From Citrobacter rodentium NBRC 105723 = DSM 16636 (lineage in GTDB: Bacteria > Pseudomonadota > Gammaproteobacteria > Enterobacterales > Enterobacteriaceae), in the NCBI RefSeq assembly GCF_021278985.1, contig NZ_CP082833.1:462600-486599 (forward strand): a DNA stretch of 24,000 nucleotides, written 5' to 3'. Below are positions 18,352 through 24,000 of the stretch, piece by piece. The position numbers and the translations under genes are program-made. Below the pieces are notes generated by a model. The model was not told the origin of the DNA and did not search any database. It was given only the letters and a program-made list of their open reading frames with translations. How positions within the stretch are numbered: the first letter of the stretch is position 1; each line of letters opens with the position of its first letter.

Positions 18352-20016
18352 TCAGAACGTTTCCCAGTTGTCGCCGGTATCGGCAGTTACCGCTTTACGC
18401 GTCTGAACCGGCTTCGGGGCGGCTTTGACGTTCGCAACGTTACGGGCGCGCTGCTGCTCCTGCTGAATATGGAACACGGCAACGGCCTGGGTCAGGCGGC
18501 TGGCCTGCTCTTCCAGCGCGGCGGCAGCGGCGGCGGACTCCTCCACCAGCGAGGCGTTTTGCTGGGTAACGCGATCCATCTCCGCCACCGCCAGACCAAC
18601 CTGGTCAATACCGCGGCTCTGCTCGTCAGAGGCAGAGGCAATCTCTCCCATGATGTCGGTTACGCGGGTTACCGCGCTGACGATCTCATCCATCGTTTCA
18701 CCCGCGCTTTCCACCAGCGTAGAGCCAGCATCCACACGGTTTACGGAGTCTTCGATCAGGCTCTTAATCTCGCGTGCCGCCTGGGCGCTGCGCTGCGCCA
18801 GATTACGCACTTCCCCGGCAACCACCGCAAAGCCGCGGCCCTGCTCGCCGGCGCGCGCCGCTTCCACCGCCGCGTTCAGCGCCAGAATGTTGGTCTGGAA
18901 GGCAATGCCGTCGATAACGCTGATAATATCGGCAATCTTCTGCGAACTGGTGGCGATATCACGCATTGTCTCCACCACATTGTCCACCACTTTACCGCCC
19001 TTCTGCGCCGTTTCAGATGCGCTCAGCGCCAGATGGCTGGCCTGACGGGCGTTTTCGGCGTTCTGCTTCACGGTAGCGGTCAGCTGTTCCATGCTGGCGG
19101 CGGTCTCTTCCAGCGATGCGGCCTGCTGCTCGGTACGCGAGGAGAGATCGTTATTGCCCATAGCGATCTCGCTGGCGCCGCTGTAGATGGCGTTAGCGCC
19201 GTTACGCACGTCACCGACGGTGCGCACCAGTTCACCCTGCATGTGGCGCAGGCTTTCCGCCAGCTGCCCCATTTCGTTGGACCCTTCCACCTCGATACGT
19301 TTCACCAGATCGCCGCTGGCGATATGACGAATGCTGTCGATCAGACGGTTCAGCGGCGCGATCAGCGATACCTTAATGCCGAACCAGACGGCGATAATCA
19401 CCGCCAGCACTGCAATCAGTATGATCGACAGCACCCACATCGCCTGGCCGTAGGAGTGATTGTTGTCGCTTACCGCTAGCTGATACAGGTGATCGATATC
19501 CGCCTGATAGGCGTCATAATGTTTTTCAAAGCTGTCCTGATAGCTCTGGGTAGGCTGCTCAAAAAACTCATTGACCTTACCGGCGCCGACCAACTGGTTC
19601 AGCTTAGTTAGCGCATTATGGAAAGTAATATAATTGCGTTTGATCTCGGCACTCGCCGCTTCGCTCTGGCGCGGGTCGTGCGGCAGCGCTTCATAGTCGG
19701 CCCAGAACTTTTCCGCCTCTTTGAGAGATTTCGCCGCGTCATGCATCAGTTCGTCAACGGTAGGCCCGCTGCCGATATCATTCTGATCCATCATGTAACG
19801 GATGCCCGCACGGTTAAGCGTATTTCGCGCTTGCAGCAGCGCCACCCAGCTGTCATTCAGGGTGGATTGTTGCAGGCGAATGTTTTGTAAAACGGTGAAG
19901 TTCTCGTTGTCATTTTTCAATGCACTGAAGAAAATCCCCCCGGAGGTAAGTTGTAAAAGGCCAAACAGACCCAGAACCAGTAACAAACTAGTGACAATCC
20001 TTATACGTTTTAACAT
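18352..20016 (-). CDS. tsr: Methyl-accepting chemotaxis protein I (serine chemoreceptor Tsr)
   Basis: Track ORF 18352..20079, trimmed to ATG 20016 ([27 protein letters not shown], matching the E. coli Tsr N-terminus). The HAMP and signalling domains are near-identical. The C-terminal NWETF pentapeptide is the CheR/CheB tether. RBS ggaaagag precedes the ATG. Confidence 0.95.
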   Translation of the reverse strand: MLKRIRIVTSLLLVLGLFGLLQLTSGGIFFSALKNDNENFTVLQNIRLQQSTLNDSWVALLQARNTLNRAGIRYMMDQNDIGSGPTVDELMHDAAKSLKEAEKFWADYEALPHDPRQSEAASAEIKRNYITFHNALTKLNQLVGAGKVNEFFEQPTQSYQDSFEKHYDAYQADIDHLYQLAVSDNNHSYGQAMWVLSIILIAVLAVIIAVWFGIKVSLIAPLNRLIDSIRHIASGDLVKRIEVEGSNEMGQLAESLRHMQGELVRTVGDVRNGANAIYSGASEIAMGNNDLSSRTEQQAASLEETAASMEQLTATVKQNAENARQASHLALSASETAQKGGKVVDNVVETMRDIATSSQKIADIISVIDGIAFQTNILALNAAVEAARAGEQGRGFAVVAGEVRNLAQRSAQAAREIKSLIEDSVNRVDAGSTLVESAGETMDEIVSAVTRVTDIMGEIASASDEQSRGIDQVGLAVAEMDRVTQQNASLVEESAAAAAALEEQASRLTQAVAVFHIQQEQQRARNVANVKAAPKPVQTRKAVTADTGDNWETF

Positions 20017-20047
20017 TTTTTCTCTTTCCGTTAGATAGATGTTCTGG

Positions 20048-20074
20048 TTTTCGGCCTGGAAAAAGAAAACTTTA
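20048..20074 (-). promoter_or_regulatory. sigma28 (FliA) class-3 flagellar promoter of tsr
   Basis: The minus strand reads TAAAGTTT-(11 nt: tctttttccag)-GCCGAAAA, versus the consensus TAAAGTTT-N11-GCCGATAA (15/16 matches). The -10 element ends 32 nt upstream of the tsr ATG. Confidence 0.85.
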
Positions 20075-20122
20075 TGCAATCGCGATCGGTATCACAGGAA
20101 ACGCAACGTAACGCGATTTTTA

Positions 20123-20137
20123 TGGTACAAAGTACCA
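20123..20137. promoter_or_regulatory. Perfect palindrome TGGTAC-aaa-GTACCA upstream of the RpiR-family gene (candidate operator)
   Basis: 6-bp arms with a 3-bp spacer, located 14-28 nt upstream of ATG 20151 and next to a TATAAC hexamer (20144..20149). The sequence is seen directly; function is inferred. Confidence 0.3.
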
Positions 20138-20150
20138 ATGATTTATAACC

Positions 20151-21026
20151 ATGCGATCCCTTATGGCCTATACCATCGATATCATCTCCTGCATTACAGA
20201 GCGCTTTATGGCGCTAACCGCCACGGAAAAACGCATTGCGCAATTCATTCTTGATGATGTGGCGACGGCGGTAGAACTGCCGATTGCCGAGCTGGCGCGT
20301 TTGACGGAAACCAGCCAGGCCTCGGTGACCCGTTTCGCCAGAGCGCTGGGCTGTAAAGATGTCAGGGAGCTGAAGGTTAAGCTGGCGCAATCCCTGGCCG
20401 TTGGGCAACGTTTTATCCTCGATGTGCCCGATCTCGATGGAGTGCAGGGAATTTACGAATCTATTATCAGCGTACTGGATACCAATCGCCGGGCGTTGCA
20501 GACAAAATCCATCAGCCAGGCGGTAAGCTGGCTCAACCAGGCGCGGCAAATCCTCGCCATCGGCACCGGCGGCGGCTCCACCATCTGCGCGCAGGAAATC
20601 CAGTACCGGCTGTTCCGCCTCGGGTTGCCGGTAGTGAGCCAAAGCGACGCGTTGATGATGAGAATGATGTGTTCAGCGGTCGCGCCGCAGGATGTGGTTA
20701 TTGCGCTGTCGCTTGGCGGCTATACGCCTGAAATTCTTGAAAGCGCCGCGATAGCCAGACAGTATGGCGCAAAAGTGATTGCCATTACCCCGCCGGAAAC
20801 GCCCCTGACCGAACAGGCCGATCTGGTGCTGCCGCTGATCGTCGAAGAGAATGACTATATCTTTAAACCCAGCCCTTCCCGTTATGCCATGCTGGCGATG
20901 GTGGATGTCCTCGCCACCGAACTGGCGATGACCAATAAAGCGCAGGCGAAAGATCGACTGCGCCGCATCAAACTGGCGTTAGACAGCCATCGCGGCGGCG
21001 AAAATCGCCAACCGCTTGGCGATTAA
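20151..21026 (+). CDS. RpiR/HexR-family transcriptional regulator (N-terminal HTH_6 plus C-terminal phosphosugar-binding SIS domain)
   Basis: 291 aa. The segment ...LTATEKRIAQFILDD...IAELARLTETSQASVTRFARALGCKDVRELKVKLAQSLA aligns with the HexR/RpiR HTH region. The SIS core is ILAIGTGGGSTICAQEIQYRLFRLG. The start is uncertain: ATG 20151 or ATG 20163 (MAYTIDII...). Confidence 0.85.
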   Translation: MRSLMAYTIDIISCITERFMALTATEKRIAQFILDDVATAVELPIAELARLTETSQASVTRFARALGCKDVRELKVKLAQSLAVGQRFILDVPDLDGVQGIYESIISVLDTNRRALQTKSISQAVSWLNQARQILAIGTGGGSTICAQEIQYRLFRLGLPVVSQSDALMMRMMCSAVAPQDVVIALSLGGYTPEILESAAIARQYGAKVIAITPPETPLTEQADLVLPLIVEENDYIFKPSPSRYAMLAMVDVLATELAMTNKAQAKDRLRRIKLALDSHRGGENRQPLGD

Positions 21027-21628
21027 TGCGCCGCCCGCCAGGCAGCCATAAAGCGTGCCGCCTGCGCCTGCGTCCGGGCGACGCTCTGCCCCGGCTGATA
21101 GAGATCGCTGCCCGTTCCCGCACCGGCGCAGCCTGCCGCCAGATAATCCGCCAGATTATCGGGGGTGACGCCCCCGACGGCCAGCACGGGTATTGCGGGC
21201 GGCAGCACCGCCTTCAGGGCCCTGATATAAGCAGGGCCAAAAGCCGCTGAAGGGAATATTTTCAGCCACTGCGCCCCCGCATCCAGCGCGGTGAAGGCTT
21301 CCGTTGCCGTTGCGCACCCCGGACAGACCACCATGCCGTAGCTTACCGCCTGGCGGATCACCGCCGGCTGAATATTCGGCGTGACGATCAGCTTCGCCCC
21401 CATTTTCGCCAGGCTGTCCACCTGCTCAGGCCGCAGCACGGTACCGGCGCCAATCATCGCCTTTTCGCCCGCCCGCGCGATCGCCCGCGGAATACTCTCC
21501 TGCCAGTCGGGTGAATTTAACGGGATCTCGATATAGCGAAACCCCGCGGCGAGTAAAGCATCAATGTGCGCATCGACTTCCGCCGGGGTAATCCCCCGCA
21601 GAATCGCCACCAGTTTATTATCCTGCAT
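21023..21628 (-). CDS. 2-dehydro-3-deoxy-6-phosphogalactonate (KDPGal) aldolase, DgoA-like paralogue
   Basis: 201 aa, roughly two-thirds identical by eye to E. coli DgoA (AILRGITP...IEIPLNSP.W..SIP...IGAGTVL.PEQVD...LIVTPNI...CPGCATATEAFTAL.AGAQ.LKIFPS.AFGP.YI.ALKAVLP...AVGGVTP.NL...AGCAGAG.GSDLY..GQSV). The start overlaps the kinase gene's 3' end. Confidence 0.9.
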   Translation of the reverse strand: MQDNKLVAILRGITPAEVDAHIDALLAAGFRYIEIPLNSPDWQESIPRAIARAGEKAMIGAGTVLRPEQVDSLAKMGAKLIVTPNIQPAVIRQAVSYGMVVCPGCATATEAFTALDAGAQWLKIFPSAAFGPAYIRALKAVLPPAIPVLAVGGVTPDNLADYLAAGCAGAGTGSDLYQPGQSVARTQAQAARFMAAWRAAH

Positions 21629-22493
21629 GAAGAAGACTCCTTACGCCCTGTAAAAACGCCTCATCGCCGTCACAGACGGAGACCTCGATCCCTCTGCGGG
21701 CGAAAGCCTGCCGGTAACGCTCATTCAGCGACTCGCTCCCCACCAGCGTTACCGAAGCCGGTTGCCAGAGGCGACATTGCGCCGCGACCTCTGCGCCAAT
21801 CAGCAGGCCCGATAAATAATCCGCCACCGATTCCCGCGGCAGCCTGTTCAGCACCCACGCGGCGCGGGTTTCAAGCAGTTCCGGCAGCAGCGACGGCGAG
21901 CGCATCCCCTTCTCCAGACCCTGGCTAAATGCCGCCTCGTCAGGCCGCTGCGCGGGTAAACCTTTCCCCAGCAGCGAATAGCGCTGCAGCAGATGATGCA
22001 ACTCCCCGGTCATCACGGTTTCAAAATGGCTGACCTGCCCCTCCCGCACCTGCACCCATTTACAGTGGGTGCCAGGCATCACATAACACTCTGAAGGTAA
22101 GCGTTGCATCGCGCCCAGCAGCTGTGTCTCCTCACCGCGCATGACGCTACAACTCTCTGCACGCTCGACTTTCAGGCCCGGTACAATCCACACTCTGTCG
22201 CCGACCGCGCAAAGCTGCTGGCGTAAAGAGGCGAGCCGGACCGGGCAAGCAACATACGGAACAGGGTGCCATCCCGCCTCGCTGCCAATCATTCCGGCCA
22301 TCACCACCGGCACCGCTGCGTTATTGCGCCACGGCGCGATATGCTGGCTAAAAACCTCCGCCGCAGTTAATGTTCCCCATTGCGTCACCCCCATCGGCAG
22401 TTGCAGGCGATTCACGATGGTCTGATGCCGGATATGCCATGCCCGCAGATGCGTAGAGCCCCAGTCAACGGCGATATACTCATTTTGCATCAT
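21618..22493 (-). CDS. 2-dehydro-3-deoxygalactonokinase, DgoK-like paralogue
   Basis: 291 aa, collinear with E. coli DgoK (YIA.DWGST.LRAW...PVVMAGM.GS..GW...PY...VMRGEETQL.GA...YVMPGTHCKWVQ...TVMTGELHHLL...LLIGAEVA). Its ATG overlaps the symporter stop (ATGA). Confidence 0.9.
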   Translation of the reverse strand: MMQNEYIAVDWGSTHLRAWHIRHQTIVNRLQLPMGVTQWGTLTAAEVFSQHIAPWRNNAAVPVVMAGMIGSEAGWHPVPYVACPVRLASLRQQLCAVGDRVWIVPGLKVERAESCSVMRGEETQLLGAMQRLPSECYVMPGTHCKWVQVREGQVSHFETVMTGELHHLLQRYSLLGKGLPAQRPDEAAFSQGLEKGMRSPSLLPELLETRAAWVLNRLPRESVADYLSGLLIGAEVAAQCRLWQPASVTLVGSESLNERYRQAFARRGIEVSVCDGDEAFLQGVRSLLHAG

Positions 22494-23965
22494 GCTTTTT
22501 CCGCCTTTCCGCCGGTTACCGGGATGCTCTGGTTTTCACGCTCATGGGTAATCATCGCCAGCGCTTCTTCGCGGCTGATTTTGTTGGCTGGCGTCAGTAG
22601 CGTCACCAGCACAGCAGAGACCAGACTGCCCAGCACGGAAGGAATGCAGGGATTTCCCCAGTACGCCAGCCACGTCGGGTTAAGCAGAATCAGTAAAGAA
22701 ACCAGCATGCCGCAGACCAGCGCGGCCAGCGCCCCCTGCCAGTTAAAGCGCAGCCAGAAGCGACCGAGAATGGAACAGACAAACAGACCGGACATCAGCA
22801 TGGAGATCATTTTGGTGATATAGCTGATGATATCGTTTGAGGTCAGGGCGAATATCAGCGCCAGGCCAATGACAAAGGTCAGCATCCAACGAGACAGGGT
22901 AATCGCCCGATGTTCCGGCGGCATTCTGCCGGTTACGATGGTGTAAACGTCGCGCATCATGATGGCGACGGCAGCAATGGCATCAGAACTGGCGGAAGAC
23001 ATCGTGGCCGACAGCCCGGCAATCAGCACCACCAGGGCCAGCAGCGGCGGCAGAAAGCTGGTGGCAAACAGGAACGCGTAGTTGCTGTTCTCCAGCTCCG
23101 GGTTCATGGTATAGGCCGCCATCCCGATAATGGCAGGCAGAATAGAAAAGAACAGATACAGCACGCCGGTATAAATAAATGAGCGACGGACCGACGGAAT
23201 ATCTTTACCCGAATAAATACGCTGCCGATAAGAGGGGGTCGCCAGGACGCCGACGCCGATCACCAGCGCCAGGGATAAGGCTGGCAACGCGCCCATTTTA
23301 TCGATAGCGAACAGGCTCATCGCTTTGGGGTCCATCGACTGCTCAATGGCGCTCCATCCTCCGACATGCATCACCGCGAGAACCGCCATAAGAATAAAAC
23401 CAAAAAACAGAATCAGCGCCTGGATGGTATCCGTCCAGACGACTGCCGAATAGCCGCCAATAATGACGTAAATGGCAAACGCCAGCGCGATAATTAATTT
23501 CGCCAGGGTCAGATCGATTCCCGTCGCCCAGGCGAGATACATGCTCCCCCCTAAAATATGGGCGCCGAGCCAGCCAATAGAGGCAATAAATATCATCAGA
23601 CCGACAATATTTTTAATTAAGTGACTGCCGCCGGTATAATAAGAAAGTTCTTCGCTCATGGTCATAAAACGCATTTTACGCACCGGCGCAAACAGCCAGG
23701 CCACCAGCAAAATGCCAACCGCGCCGCCAAGACCATAGAGCATTCCCGCCCAGCCGTTGGTATAACCAAAGCCTACCGCGCCCATACTGGAGCCAGTCCC
23801 CACCATCGTCGCCACGGTGGAACCCAGGGTCAGAAATAAGGGTAAAGAGCGACCGCCCAGTAAAAAATCTTCGCCGCTTTTTTGATTACGCGAGACATAC
23901 CAGCCAAGCCAAATCATCGCGATGGCGTAAATAATAAAGCCGACTAAAAAGATATGACTGTTCAT
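22490..23965 (-). CDS. Sodium:solute symporter (SSS/SSF family) transporter, substrate unknown
   Basis: 491 aa with about 13 predicted hydrophobic segments. The N-terminal pattern ...GEDFLLGGRSLP...LGSTVATMVGTGSSMG... is typical of the PutP/PanF/SglT family. RBS ggcagga precedes the ATG. It is the first visible gene of the symporter-kinase-aldolase operon; only 35 nt of its upstream region is in the window. Confidence 0.88.
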   Translation of the reverse strand: MNSHIFLVGFIIYAIAMIWLGWYVSRNQKSGEDFLLGGRSLPLFLTLGSTVATMVGTGSSMGAVGFGYTNGWAGMLYGLGGAVGILLVAWLFAPVRKMRFMTMSEELSYYTGGSHLIKNIVGLMIFIASIGWLGAHILGGSMYLAWATGIDLTLAKLIIALAFAIYVIIGGYSAVVWTDTIQALILFFGFILMAVLAVMHVGGWSAIEQSMDPKAMSLFAIDKMGALPALSLALVIGVGVLATPSYRQRIYSGKDIPSVRRSFIYTGVLYLFFSILPAIIGMAAYTMNPELENSNYAFLFATSFLPPLLALVVLIAGLSATMSSASSDAIAAVAIMMRDVYTIVTGRMPPEHRAITLSRWMLTFVIGLALIFALTSNDIISYITKMISMLMSGLFVCSILGRFWLRFNWQGALAALVCGMLVSLLILLNPTWLAYWGNPCIPSVLGSLVSAVLVTLLTPANKISREEALAMITHERENQSIPVTGGKAEKA

Positions 23966-24000
23966 AATTCACATCCTGCCAGTAGTAAAAAAAATGTAAG

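Noticed and set aside
18469-19479. A 336-aa plus-strand ORF (and the nested 18650..19045 ORF) antisense to tsr
   Set aside because: The Ala/Glu/Gln-rich coiled-coil codons of MCP genes keep antisense frames open. The product has no motif, and tsr on the other strand is unambiguous.

Overview
Chromosomal segment from an enterobacterium, roughly 55-57% GC by eye. Gene content is closest to the Klebsiella/Enterobacter group, but that assignment is an inference. The conserved backbone is recognisable by direct similarity to E. coli proteins: yjjP-yjjB, dnaT-dnaC, yjjA, opgB(mdoB), lgoD/lgoR/lgoT (L-galactonate) and tsr. Three accessory modules are embedded in or flank it. (1) The 5' part of pobA (4-hydroxybenzoate hydroxylase) sits at the left edge and is missing from the ORF track because it runs off the window. 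(2) A 7.5-kb sigma54-dependent mannose-family PTS locus lies between opgB and lgoD. It comprises a LevR-type activator, EIIA/B/C/D and two SIS-domain deglycase-like enzymes, and its architecture matches the Salmonella gfrR-gfrABCDEF fructoselysine/glucoselysine system. (3) An uncharacterised RpiR / Na+-solute symporter / DgoK-like kinase / DgoA-like aldolase module lies beyond tsr. The most unusual thing I can see directly is a single in-frame TAG that cuts the PTS EIID gene into a 230-codon ORF plus 51 conserved in-frame codons, while the rest of the locus, including a textbook -24/-12 promoter, is intact. I also found a near-perfect sigma28 promoter for tsr, one clear intrinsic terminator, and several candidate operators and hairpins. 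I found no tRNA/rRNA, CRISPR array, IS element, integrase or prophage signature.
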